A DNA stretch of 32,000 bases from positions 570,001 through 602,000 of the forward strand of contig NC_008818.1 of NCBI RefSeq assembly GCF_000015145.1, given 5' to 3'. Below the pieces are notes generated by a model. That model was not told where the DNA came from. It did not search any database and saw only the letters and a list, made by a program, of their open reading frames with translations. This DNA is from Hyperthermus butylicus DSM 5456 (GTDB lineage: Archaea > Thermoproteota > Thermoprotei_A > Sulfolobales > Pyrodictiaceae). The number at the start of each line of letters is the position of its first letter. The first letter of the stretch is position 1. This document shows positions 15,516 through 24,377 of this stretch, piece after piece. A program made the position numbers and the translations under genes.

Positions 15516-17657
15516 TCACGGGCTCCGACGTTGAGTCCTACTCCTCCTGCACCCAATTAATGCTTTGAGTGCTTCCCGCAGGAGCGCTTGTGCTTCTTCT
15601 ACGCTGGCTCCCAGGATTTCCGCTGTTTCACCGATCGGTTTTCCTTGAAGTATTCTCGCCACGAGCGCTACTAGGCTGCGGTCATCTAGTCTGTCTTCGC
15701 AGCCTGCCAGTAGGGCTGATGCCGTGGCTAGGTATGCGGAGTCTATTACCTGCTCTAGCTCGACCACTCCCTCCATATAGGTGTTGAGCGCCTTGTGGTC
15801 CAGCTGTTCGAGTACTATCGGCGCATCGTGGAGGGGCTGGGTAGCCCTCAGGAGTATAGCCGTCTTTTCTGCTGCTAGGTCGCGGTAGGTGCTATGTGCA
15901 CCTAGAACTAGCTTCCTCCGTGCCCTCCTGGAGGCGTTCGTGAGCACCTCTGCACCCTTGGGGGTTAGGGGCTTTGCGAAGCCGAGGTTCTTCTCGCCCG
16001 TAGCCTTGTTGTAGCGGGGGCTCACGTAGAACAGTGTGTAGCCGGTCTTAACCCAGAACCCTATGACGTCGTGGCGGCCAAACAGTGCGGCAACAATGTC
16101 TACTCCTTTGCCGCGGGCCCAGTCCTCGACAGCGCTTAGCAGCTTCCTGCCAAGGCCGCGGCGCTGCAGCTCGGGGTGGACGGCTATCCTCACGATCCTG
16201 GCAGCCTTCAGCTCCTTTGCCGCACTGTCTGCTTGGAGCCACAGAATCTTAAGAGCGATCCTCGCGGGCTCCTCTAGCCCCCACTCCTCCAGTGCCACAT
16301 CGGCCGCAGCTGCTAGACTGCCACCGCAGACTAGGGCGTGAAGTATGTGGTTTCGGGACTCGAGGATGACGAGGAGGTAGTCGGGCTCCGTGCGATAGTG
16401 AGCTAGCGCTAGGAGTTGGACTAGCCTCCTAACAGCCTCCGGCTGCTCGGCGAGGCTGCGGGGCTCTAGCTGCTCAACCCTGCACTCATCAACACTGGCT
16501 GGAGCTGGGTAGTCGGGCTCGGGCTTTAGCACGAACACCCTGTTAACCCAGTCCTCGAGGGGGTCCCCGGGCGGGTAGCGTATCGGCTCACGTAGCTCAA
16601 CCCTCTCAAGGGGCTTGGGGAGCACATCCTCGACCATGTGTTGGAACACTCTGCCGCTACCCTCGTAGCCGTGTATCGTTGTTGCAGCCAGCACTCTGCC
16701 GCTCTTCCAGGCTAGTCTACGGAGCCTTGCAACTCCCACGGCGGCGGCCTCGTCGACTACAAGGAGTCCGGTTGGCTTAGCATCGTCGGGAGCTGCGTAG
16801 GCTATACGACCCCAGGGCCCCGTAACAGCTACGACATCGCCGCCGACTCGGCGGATGCGGTAACGTAGGCCTAGGACTCGCAGGCCGCGAATGAGTCCCT
16901 TGTAGAAGCTCGCTAGGCTAGCAGGGCTAGGTGCGACGGCCACAGCCTCGCCAGCTGCTCCACGCTTTACGGCTAGGGCGACAGCTAGGCCTAGCAGGTA
17001 GCTCTTGCCTCTGCCCCGGTCGCCGGTTACCAGGAAGCTGCGATAGCCAGCGTCGAGGTATAGACTGAACCTGTCCAGCGCCTCTGCCTGGCTGGGCGTG
17101 GCGGCGAGCCCGAGGAGCCTCCTCGGCGCTCCAAACCTGGGCTCGTAGCCTCGGGGGCCGAGGAGCCACTCGTGGGCTCTCCCCCTGGGTGGCTGGTACG
17201 CGTACACCTCACCGGTATCAGCGTCGGCCCAGAGGAGCACTCTAGCCTCGCGCAGTGAGGAGAGGAGGTAGCGACGGTAGCCCCCCACGCCGCCACTGGG
17301 CCCTGGATTCCACTCGTGCAGCGGCGGTGCCATGATGACCAGCATTCCTCCCGAGGAAACTACTCCTGCGAGGCCTGCCACAAGGTTGGGTCGTAGCAAG
17401 CCGTCGGTAGCAATGATAACGTAGTCGGCCTCGCTGCCAAGTAGCCTCTCAAACCCGCCAGGAGAGCCGGGCCTGCAACGCCTGGGGACAGCAAGGGACT
17501 GGGGGGCCACAGCTATACAATTACCGTCCAGCACTTCAGCGGTAGTATTCAGCAGCCACTGGAGCCTATTGCTGTGAACTACAGCGAGGCCACGGTAGCC
17601 AGAGTTGCGTATCTCCACGGCGAACCTTGCAAGGCTCTCCGGGTGGCTATACTTCAT
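15516..17657 (-). CDS. tmcA: tRNA(Met) cytidine acetyltransferase TmcA (NAT10-family RNA acetyltransferase/helicase)
   Basis: 713-aa ORF with Walker A GDRGRGKSYLLG in the helicase module and the GNAT motif RIVRIAVHPELQRRGLGRKLL. The domain order is as in TmcA/NAT10. Confidence 0.9.
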   Translation of the reverse strand: MKYSHPESLARFAVEIRNSGYRGLAVVHSNRLQWLLNTTAEVLDGNCIAVAPQSLAVPRRCRPGSPGGFERLLGSEADYVIIATDGLLRPNLVAGLAGVVSSGGMLVIMAPPLHEWNPGPSGGVGGYRRYLLSSLREARVLLWADADTGEVYAYQPPRGRAHEWLLGPRGYEPRFGAPRRLLGLAATPSQAEALDRFSLYLDAGYRSFLVTGDRGRGKSYLLGLAVALAVKRGAAGEAVAVAPSPASLASFYKGLIRGLRVLGLRYRIRRVGGDVVAVTGPWGRIAYAAPDDAKPTGLLVVDEAAAVGVARLRRLAWKSGRVLAATTIHGYEGSGRVFQHMVEDVLPKPLERVELREPIRYPPGDPLEDWVNRVFVLKPEPDYPAPASVDECRVEQLEPRSLAEQPEAVRRLVQLLALAHYRTEPDYLLVILESRNHILHALVCGGSLAAAADVALEEWGLEEPARIALKILWLQADSAAKELKAARIVRIAVHPELQRRGLGRKLLSAVEDWARGKGVDIVAALFGRHDVIGFWVKTGYTLFYVSPRYNKATGEKNLGFAKPLTPKGAEVLTNASRRARRKLVLGAHSTYRDLAAEKTAILLRATQPLHDAPIVLEQLDHKALNTYMEGVVELEQVIDSAYLATASALLAGCEDRLDDRSLVALVARILQGKPIGETAEILGASVEEAQALLREALKALIGCRRSRTQRRSP

Positions 17658-17689
17658 GCCAGCTACACACCCTTCGGCAAGGAGATGGG

Positions 17690-17812
17690 AGAATGGGGCG
17701 GCGCTGGGGAGGCCACTATACCGGCCTTGCCGGTCCCCGCATCACCCCAACAGCGGGCCGGAGACTCGGCCCGGTCTGCGGGGCGGGGCCGGGGGAGCCC
17801 CGCGGCCCACCA
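17690..17812. other. GC-rich hairpin-dense element upstream of tmcA (candidate structured leader or ncRNA)
   Basis: Hairpin 1 is GGGCCG (17755-17760) - GAGACT - CGGCCC (17767-17772). Hairpin 2 is CTGCGGGGC (17776-17784) / GCCCCGCGG (17797-17805), 9 bp with one G-U pair and a 12-nt loop. An alternative pairing is CCGGTCCCCGC (17730-17740) with GCGGGCCGG (17753-17761). No protein-like ORF is present. Confidence 0.35.
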
Positions 17813-18082
17813 CGTGATGAATCTTCAGTCATGAGAGACACCTATAACAGTTAAGCTTGTCACTCACCCTGGCTATCCAAGGCTACCGCATGCGGGTTTG
17901 GGGCGCACATCGGCACGTTCAACAGAGTGGTGCTCTACGGTCTACTCCATGGCTGGAAGCGTTGATATACATAGTGGTGAATACATGCTGGCATGAGGGA
18001 GATCGGCAGGTGTAGCAGCGGCGATTGCTGGGAGCCAGAGTTTAACCGCTATTGTTGGAGGATGTTTCGGTGAGCAGGCTGT

Positions 18083-18087
18083 AAAAA
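18083..18087 (-). terminator. T5 tract downstream of livF-like gene
   Basis: The minus strand reads cagcTTTTTacagcc about 22 nt after the TAG at 18109-18111. Confidence 0.35.
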
Positions 18088-18108
18088 GCTGTATGGGCTG
18101 GGGTTCAG

Positions 18109-18882
18109 CTACTTTGAGATGCCAAGGTATAGCTTGCTGAGCTCGGGATGTGACAGTATCTCCTTGGACGGGCCCTCATAGGCTACTCGGCCCTGGACGA
18201 GTATATACCCCCTATCAGCTATCTCGAGCGCCCTCCTGGCATTCTGTTCCACGAGGAGAACGGTTACACCCCTATCAGCTATTTCCCTTATCTTCCTGAA
18301 TATCTCTTCAGCAATCTTGGGTGCCAGTGCAGCGGTAGGCTCGTCAAGTAGTAGAACCTGGGGCTTCATGAGGAGTGCCCTCGCTATTGCTAACATCTGT
18401 CTCTCGCCGCCACTCAGCGTGCCCGCTTTCTGTTTCCTCCTCTCGCGCAGCACTGGGAACATGTTGTAGATCTCCTCTAGCATATCTTCAAACAGCTTAT
18501 CAGGACTAGCACCATCCTTTTGCGGTGAAGGGCTACTCGCATACCTTTCCCTAAACACTATCCTGGACAACTTTAGGTTCTCCTCAACGGTGAGCCTTGC
18601 AAATATGTTGTCCACCTGTGGCACGTAGGCTAGCCCGAGGTAGGGCTTTCTACTGGGAGGAATCTTGGTGATGTCTCTCCCGCCGAGAATTATCCTGCCA
18701 CGATATACTGTTGTGAAGCCGAATATCGTCTTTAGGAGTGTACTCTTGCCGCTACCGTTTGGCCCAACAATGGCTACCAATTCTCCAGGCTTAGCCTTTA
18801 CCGATACGCCGTAGAGTATCTGTAGCTTCCCATAGCCTGCGTGTAGTTCCTCGACGACGAGGGGGAGACCATTCACGGCCAA
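18109..18882 (-). CDS. livF: Branched-chain amino acid (HAAT family) ABC transporter ATP-binding protein, LivF-like
   Basis: Walker A GPNGSGKST, signature LSGGERQMLAIARAL, Walker B LLLDEPTAALAP. It abuts the livG-like gene with zero gap. Confidence 0.9.
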   Translation of the reverse strand: MAVNGLPLVVEELHAGYGKLQILYGVSVKAKPGELVAIVGPNGSGKSTLLKTIFGFTTVYRGRIILGGRDITKIPPSRKPYLGLAYVPQVDNIFARLTVEENLKLSRIVFRERYASSPSPQKDGASPDKLFEDMLEEIYNMFPVLRERRKQKAGTLSGGERQMLAIARALLMKPQVLLLDEPTAALAPKIAEEIFRKIREIADRGVTVLLVEQNARRALEIADRGYILVQGRVAYEGPSKEILSHPELSKLYLGISK

Positions 18883-19671
18883 TCACCCTCCAAGGTAAAT
18901 GTCTAGCACGACCGGGTTCTCAGCAACCTCCTCCGGTTTGCCCTCGGCAACTATCTTGCCACGGTGCATTACGTACACGTAGTCGACGAAGTCGAAAAGT
19001 ATCTCCAGCCTGTGCTCGATTATTAGGAAGGTTAGCCCGTACTCGCTTCTCAGCCTCTCTATCCCCTCGAATATCCTCCTGGCCAGGGTGGGATTCACGC
19101 CGGCAGATGGCTCGTCTAGTAAGAGTAGTTTAGCACGCGCCATTAGGGCGCGTGCAAGCTCCGCTAGCTTCATCTGTCCTCCGCTGATGTTTAGGGGGAG
19201 CATGTGATCCACGCTGGACAGCTCGACGAAGTCTATCCAGTCTAGTGCTTCTCCTGCCAGCTTTCTCTCCTGCCCCTCCCAGAGCCTCTGGAAAAGCGCT
19301 CCTGCAATGTTCTCGCCTTTCCGGTTCTCGGCAGCGCCTAGCACGTTCTCGAACACTGTTAGGCTCGTCCATAGCCTTGGATTCTGAAATGTCCTTATAA
19401 GCCCCAACTTGTATATCTCATGTGGCTTCCTACCCGCTATGTCGACTCCGTCGAAGATTATGCGGCCCTTGTCGGGCTTGTACAATCCAGCCACAACATT
19501 GAATAATGTCGTCTTACCACTACCATTGGGGCCTATGAGGCCAATTATGCTGCGACGCGGCACTCTAAGGCTTACACCGTCTACTGCACGTATGCCGCCA
19601 AAGTACTTGTAGAGGTCCTCAACAACCAATATGTATTTGTCAAAGTCGTAGCCTCCCTTCATGTTTTTCAC
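18883..19671 (-). CDS. livG: Branched-chain amino acid (HAAT family) ABC transporter ATP-binding protein, LivG-like
   Basis: Walker A GPNGSGKTT, signature ISGGQMKLAELARAL, Walker B LLLDEPSAGVNP. There is a 4-nt overlap with the upstream permease gene. Confidence 0.9.
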   Translation of the reverse strand: MKNMKGGYDFDKYILVVEDLYKYFGGIRAVDGVSLRVPRRSIIGLIGPNGSGKTTLFNVVAGLYKPDKGRIIFDGVDIAGRKPHEIYKLGLIRTFQNPRLWTSLTVFENVLGAAENRKGENIAGALFQRLWEGQERKLAGEALDWIDFVELSSVDHMLPLNISGGQMKLAELARALMARAKLLLLDEPSAGVNPTLARRIFEGIERLRSEYGLTFLIIEHRLEILFDFVDYVYVMHRGKIVAEGKPEEVAENPVVLDIYLGG

Positions 19672-20792
19672 CTCCTCATCCTAAGCTTGTCTAGGATGTT
19701 CTGCATGAAGGGCGGTGTTTTGCCACGTACAGCCATGTAGACCTTCCATGCAGGTGTCCTGACGGGCTTCTCTGGCAGGAGCCCGTAGGGCCGGAAGAAT
19801 ATGGCGAGTATTATTGCGAGGCCATAGACGAGGTAGTAGATGTAGCTCCCCCAGTCTAGCCCGTGGAATGCAGCTAGGTTTGTACCCACGGTGTAGCTGA
19901 GCCTCTCGATAAAGGCCATAGCGGCGGCACCAAGTATGCTGCCCACATTGTTTCCTACGCCGCCTACAAGCACGAATGTGAGGACCAGGAATGTAAGCTC
20001 GGGGAGATAGTTGTCTGGGTTTACGCTGCTAAAGTAGACCAGGGAGTAGACGGCGCCAGCTATACCGGCAAGGAATGAGCCTATAACCATAGCCTCTAGC
20101 CTTGCCCTGGCTACGTTCCTGCCGAGAGCCTCAGCTGCAACCTCGTCGTCCCGAATCATCCTCAGCTTTCTGCCGAAGGGAGAGTTCATCTGCTTCTCGA
20201 CATAGTACAGGTAGAGGATGACAAGCCCCCATACGAAGAGGGCACGAAGTGTATCCACAAGCACTGCTGGCGGGTTGGGCCCAGCAATCCTGGCAGCTAT
20301 TGACTTGAAGTCGGGGCCGGGTAGCGGGAGAGACATTGTGCCACCCATTATCGGCTTGTAGACCCTAATTACAAGCCACACCAGCTGGGCAGCCATCAGC
20401 AGTGCGATTGCCAGATAGTCCTCTCTCAGCCTTACAGCGGGATACGAGAACGCTACGGCCATCACTACAGCGATAGCGCCGCCTATCAAGGCGGATATGG
20501 CAAACACAAGCCATGTATCTAGAGGGTGCTGCTGGTACGCGGGCAGTACCGCCCCGTTGTAGTACCCGAAGAAGTCCAGTGTTGCCGGCGATGCCGGATC
20601 CATACCTAGGAGGAGTGGGGGTCCAATCCTCGTAGCGGTAATCGCCGCTGCTATGCCTCCAGCAGCTATGAAGGCGGCCTTTCCAAAATTCGGTATGCCC
20701 GCCCATCCATACTCTATGTTCATGCTTATAGCTAGTAGGGAGTAGACCCCCGCCACTACAAGGTATTGTACAAGGAAGCTAACCACATCCAC
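19668..20792 (-). CDS. livM: HAAT-family ABC transporter permease, LivM-like
   Basis: 374-aa polytopic membrane protein with the conserved loop region FGRKLRMIRDDEVAAEALGRNVARARLEAMVIGSFLAGIAGA. Confidence 0.9.
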   Translation of the reverse strand: MDVVSFLVQYLVVAGVYSLLAISMNIEYGWAGIPNFGKAAFIAAGGIAAAITATRIGPPLLLGMDPASPATLDFFGYYNGAVLPAYQQHPLDTWLVFAISALIGGAIAVVMAVAFSYPAVRLREDYLAIALLMAAQLVWLVIRVYKPIMGGTMSLPLPGPDFKSIAARIAGPNPPAVLVDTLRALFVWGLVILYLYYVEKQMNSPFGRKLRMIRDDEVAAEALGRNVARARLEAMVIGSFLAGIAGAVYSLVYFSSVNPDNYLPELTFLVLTFVLVGGVGNNVGSILGAAAMAFIERLSYTVGTNLAAFHGLDWGSYIYYLVYGLAIILAIFFRPYGLLPEKPVRTPAWKVYMAVRGKTPPFMQNILDKLRMRR

Positions 20793-20798
20793 ACTACA

Positions 20799-21794
20799 TC
20801 ACCTCCGTCCTATCCTCCAAACTAGCCTGATAAGCCTATACCAGTCAATTCCCGCCAGGCCCTCCGGGAAGAAGAGGAGCACGAGGAGGGTCAACGCGAA
20901 GGGGACTGAGAGGGCTAGAGAGCTATCAAGCCCAAGGCTTGATGAGATCCAAGCAGCAGCCTCGTTGTAAGCAAGGCCGAGGAGTATGCTCGCAGCAAGC
21001 GTTCCATAGAAGCTGCCTAGGCCGCCGAGAACTGCTGCAGCGAATATTGAAAGTAGGTTCATCCAGCCAAGCTCTACTATAGGCCTCTCTCCCGGAGGCC
21101 CCGTCAGTATAAACATTAGTACTCCTCCAAGCGCCGCCAGCCCTCCACCTATAAACCAGGCTATGGCTTGCACCCTGAAGCTGTTTATTCCAGCGGCCTC
21201 GGCGAGTGTGGGATTATCAGCTACTGCTCGTAGAGAGATACCGAGCATTGTCTTTGAGGTAAACAGCGCTATTAGTACAAGCGCTGCAACAGCTAACACA
21301 ATACTCAGCAGCTCGGCAAGATCTATCCTAAACCCAGCCACGACGTACTCAGCAGCTCCGGGGGATGGCAGGCTAAGCCACTGGAACAAGCCTGCGACAA
21401 TGTAGAGCAGGAAACGTATAACCATCATAACACCTATGCTAGCCACCATAAGCTGGAGAGGTGTTGCCCCCCTCCTTGAAAGCGGCCAGAAGACGGCAAC
21501 GAACGTGGCAAGAGATACCAGCCCACCGGCCGCGAAGACAAGGGCTAGCATCCAGAGATTGTCCGGGCTGAGAGATGCACAGTAGACTATGTCGTAGCCT
21601 TTGCAGTTTGCAAAGCTGTGCAGAGCTGCTACAAGCAAGAGATACGTTATCACTCCAATACTTGCGAACTCCCCGTGGGCGAAGTTGGCGATTCTACTGA
21701 CGGAATAGTAGATTGCAAGACCGCCAGCCATTAGTGCTAATGCAGAGCCCCACGCCAGAGAGTACACTATGAAGCTTAGCTCCATAGCCATCAC
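20799..21794 (-). CDS. livH: HAAT-family ABC transporter permease, LivH-like
   Basis: 331-aa polytopic membrane protein. Family features are ANFAHGEF near the N-terminus and LRAVADNPTLAEAAGINSFRVQAIAWFIGGGLAALGG. Confidence 0.9.
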   Translation of the reverse strand: MMAMELSFIVYSLAWGSALALMAGGLAIYYSVSRIANFAHGEFASIGVITYLLLVAALHSFANCKGYDIVYCASLSPDNLWMLALVFAAGGLVSLATFVAVFWPLSRRGATPLQLMVASIGVMMVIRFLLYIVAGLFQWLSLPSPGAAEYVVAGFRIDLAELLSIVLAVAALVLIALFTSKTMLGISLRAVADNPTLAEAAGINSFRVQAIAWFIGGGLAALGGVLMFILTGPPGERPIVELGWMNLLSIFAAAVLGGLGSFYGTLAASILLGLAYNEAAAWISSSLGLDSSLALSVPFALTLLVLLFFPEGLAGIDWYRLIRLVWRIGRR

Positions 21795-21950
21795 CTCTCA
21801 ACGCTTGAAGCCTTGCTGCCATGAATGTTGCAGCCAACCCGCTCGTTACGGAACCACGCTTTCTGCAACAGTTATATATTTAACGGCTCCACTAATTGTA
21901 ACATCGATAATCATTTAGTACAATTCACGATAACAAATGAGAGACATGCG

Positions 21951-21965
21951 AATGATTTTATCATT
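21951..21965. promoter_or_regulatory. Inverted repeat AATGAT-TTT-ATCATT in the divergent liv promoter region; candidate operator
   Basis: Perfect 6-bp arms. Further ATCATT copies occur at 21910-21915 and 21973-21978, within an AT-rich stretch that also holds the TATA-like 'gttatatattta' (about 21871-21882). Confidence 0.4.
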
Positions 21966-22038
21966 ATTTTATATCATTTACATGTAGAAATACTTTTAAT
22001 ATGGGGTGATTGGAATCCCCGGACGAGAGAGTGGGATC

Positions 22039-23364
22039 ATGAAAGGATTTAGAGCAATCTCAATATATGTTGTTGTGGGCCTGCTAATACTGGGCCTGCT
22101 AGTAGGCCTAGCAGTAGGCTACTTTATTGGTGGCGGCGGCGGTGAGAGTAAGTCAGCTACTAGTACACCAGCCTTCAACGAAAGCTCAAGCGTAAACTTT
22201 ACTGCTGCAGGAGGCGGCCTTCAGGGCGAGATACCTATCGGCATATTGCTCCCGCAGACGGGAAGCTTGGCGCAGGATGGAAGGGACAATATTAAGGCTG
22301 CCAAGCTGGCAATAGAAGACTTTAACAAGCTACTAGAGTCGATAGGTGCTCCATTCCGCTTTAAGGCTATAGTTGCTGATAGTGGTACTGACCCCAATAA
22401 GGCGCTTGCAGCACTACAGACACTCTACAACCAGCACCACGTACAGATTGTCGTGGGTACTGATAGCAGCTGGGTGCTAAGCGGCGTAATGAGCTTTGCC
22501 AACGAGCACCACATAGTCATGATAAGCCCAGCCAGTACGAGCCCTGCGCTAGCACTGAAGGACTACATATTCAGGATCGTTGGCAACGATAAGGGTCAGG
22601 GTAAGGCGCTAGCAGCACTAGTTCACAATAATGGGTTCAACGCTGCTGTCGTGATATTCAGAGACGAAGCTTATGGCCGTGGCATAGCTGAGGCATTCAA
22701 GGAGAACTTTGAAGCCTTGGGTGGTACAGCGGTCCTAGTACCGTATAACCCACAGAAGAGCGACTATGCTCCAGAGGTTCAGAAGCTAGCATCGGAGGTT
22801 GAGAAGCTCCTCAACGAGGGTAAAAATGTTGCAGTTATCATCGTCGCGTTCGAAACAGACGGGATAAACATACTGAGCCATGCAGCCGATATACCGGTGC
22901 TAAGCCAGGTAAAGTGGTTTGCCAGCGAGTCTATCAGGTCGCCAGCGCTGCTCAAGGCCCCTGACAAGGTTAGACAGTTTCTAGCCAAGGTGGAGCTTGA
23001 GGGTACATTCCCAATACCGCCCAAGAGCCCGCTAGGTGAATGGTTTGAAAAGCACTTCGAGGAGGTATACGGCCATCCGCCAGAGTCTCCGTTCTCGCCA
23101 TACGCTTATGATGCCGCCTACCTGGCATGCCTGGCTGTAACCATTGCAGGTAAGTACGACGGTACGGTCATAGCTAAGGTGTTGCCGGAGGTGGCTAAGA
23201 ACTACTATGGTGTTACGGGCTGGAAGTTGCTAGACGAGAATGGTGACCTCAAGTACCAGGAGTACAGCATCTGGAAGTACGTCTGCGAAGGGGGATCCTG
23301 CGAGTTCATCGATATCGCCATATACGATCCACAAAGTGGCAAGATACAGCAGATAGCAGGCTAG
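22039..23364 (+). CDS. Type-1 periplasmic-binding-protein fold solute-binding protein (LivJ/LivK-like), N-terminally membrane-anchored
   Basis: The ATG at 22039 gives MKGFRAISIYVVVGLLILGLLVGLAVGYF (TM anchor), then a Gly/Ser/Thr linker, then IPIGILLPQTGSLAQDGRDNIKAAKLAIEDFN, typical of the Leu/Ile/Val-binding family. The track ORF starts at GTG 22006. Confidence 0.85.
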   Translation: MKGFRAISIYVVVGLLILGLLVGLAVGYFIGGGGGESKSATSTPAFNESSSVNFTAAGGGLQGEIPIGILLPQTGSLAQDGRDNIKAAKLAIEDFNKLLESIGAPFRFKAIVADSGTDPNKALAALQTLYNQHHVQIVVGTDSSWVLSGVMSFANEHHIVMISPASTSPALALKDYIFRIVGNDKGQGKALAALVHNNGFNAAVVIFRDEAYGRGIAEAFKENFEALGGTAVLVPYNPQKSDYAPEVQKLASEVEKLLNEGKNVAVIIVAFETDGINILSHAADIPVLSQVKWFASESIRSPALLKAPDKVRQFLAKVELEGTFPIPPKSPLGEWFEKHFEEVYGHPPESPFSPYAYDAAYLACLAVTIAGKYDGTVIAKVLPEVAKNYYGVTGWKLLDENGDLKYQEYSIWKYVCEGGSCEFIDIAIYDPQSGKIQQIAG

Positions 23365-23406
23365 ACCTAATCTAAACGCCTAGTACACATCATAGCCCAA
23401 AGCCTC

Positions 23407-23412
23407 TTTTTT
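23407..23412 (+). terminator. T6 tract after the LivK-like gene
   Basis: cctcTTTTTTac lies 43 nt downstream of the TAG at 23362-23364. Confidence 0.45.
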
Positions 23413-23851
23413 ACAAGCTTCATGGACACGGCATGGGCTTATTAGGATTGTTAGGGGATGGCAGCATAGTGTGGTCTTCACGACTTTGGCGTGATGGTTT
23501 GTCTAGGGCTCTCCTATCCGGACTGCCAGCACCAGCGTGCATGTATATCCTTGAAACGGTGTAGGGTGCCTCATTCGGAACAGCGCCAGCCGGTAATTCC
23601 ATGCTGTTCGATCTAGCAGCGTCGAATAGCTCGGCTATCGCGTCGTGGTAAACAGCGTTTTAACACGTATTCTACGAGAATACGGTACTGATAATATGGT
23701 GGTTCAATAGAATTGCATCAGTGTTTAGCTGTGAGGCTAGGAGCCAGGCTTGTTTAATCCCAGCTTCATGAGGGGATTCTAGCCCGCGTCGTATGTAGGG
23801 CAACATCTATAACGGGTTAGACGTGTCTTGCTAGTCTTAGTGGGTGTTTCT

Positions 23852-24262
23852 ATGTCGAAATTATTGTCTGTCAGTAGGGAGGCCGGGTTCGAGGAGCGTG
23901 TGCGTAGATTCTTGGAGCTGGCTATAAGGCGGTATAACAGGTACCGTGGCGTTGAGTCTACTGCTAAGCTGCTAGAGGTAAAGGGTGATGTAGCCTACGT
24001 CGTGTTTGAGGGTAGCTTCTGCGAGACCTGCGGTATCAACGACTGGGTAGATGATCTCAAGTACGTGATCGAGGATCTTGGTGGAGAGGCTGAGCTCATA
24101 GCAGTTGTTGAGCCTCCGTCGAGGGATGAGTTCTTCGACTACCGTATAGGCGTGTTTAAGATTAGGAAGGTTCCTGAGAACCTGGATGAGCTTGAGAGGG
24201 AGGAGGAAGAGCTCGAGAAGTACTTCTCCCATCAGAACGAGGAGGCGGCACAGAGGGTCTAG
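23852..24262 (+). CDS. Small hypothetical protein with a single CxxC (NifU C-terminal-like strand-CxxC pattern) and an acidic helical tail
   Basis: The ATG at 23852 (MSKLLSV...) lies within the 144-aa track ORF. The core LLEVKGDVAYVVFEGSFCETCGINDWVDDL is followed by ELEREEEELEKYF. A TATA-like 'atctataacgg' lies about 40 nt upstream. Confidence 0.65.
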   Translation: MSKLLSVSREAGFEERVRRFLELAIRRYNRYRGVESTAKLLEVKGDVAYVVFEGSFCETCGINDWVDDLKYVIEDLGGEAELIAVVEPPSRDEFFDYRIGVFKIRKVPENLDELEREEEELEKYFSHQNEEAAQRV

Positions 24263-24377
24263 AACCTCCCTCTGGATAGCATTCCTTCGCGGCTATTGCT
24301 GAACGCTAAGGCTTGCAGGGCTTGGTTCGCTATAGCGAAGAGAGCGTCGGTGACATACCCTGAGGCTGTGTTTTTAT

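Noticed and set aside
17574-17854. Three overlapping plus-strand ORFs (86, 70, 75 aa)
   Set aside because: All three frames are open only because the region is GC-rich and stop-poor. The translations are Gly/Arg/Pro/Ala low-complexity, and the ORFs overlap the tmcA start.
17813-17870. C-box-like GTGATGA next to the GC-rich element
   Set aside because: No CTGA D box occurs within the following 60 nt or so on that strand. On the opposite strand a CTGA exists but the partner box (GTGAGTGA) is non-canonical and the spacing (about 35 nt) is too short.
17993-18073. 26-aa Cys-containing ORF MREIGRCSSGDCWEPEFNRYCWRMFR
   Set aside because: It is too short, has no Shine-Dalgarno sequence or promoter support, and has only three Cys. 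It is indistinguishable from chance.
21825-22052. 75-aa plus ORF in the liv promoter region
   Set aside because: It lies in AT-rich regulatory DNA. The translation is Asn/Ile/His-rich and it runs into the real start of the binding-protein gene in another frame.
23420-23660. Minus-strand ORF NAVYHDAIAELFDAARSNSMELPAG... as a gene
   Set aside because: The protein-like upstream extension has no start codon and begins right after a stop. The part downstream of the ATG is Pro/Ser/Asn-rich. At best it is an unrecognisable remnant.
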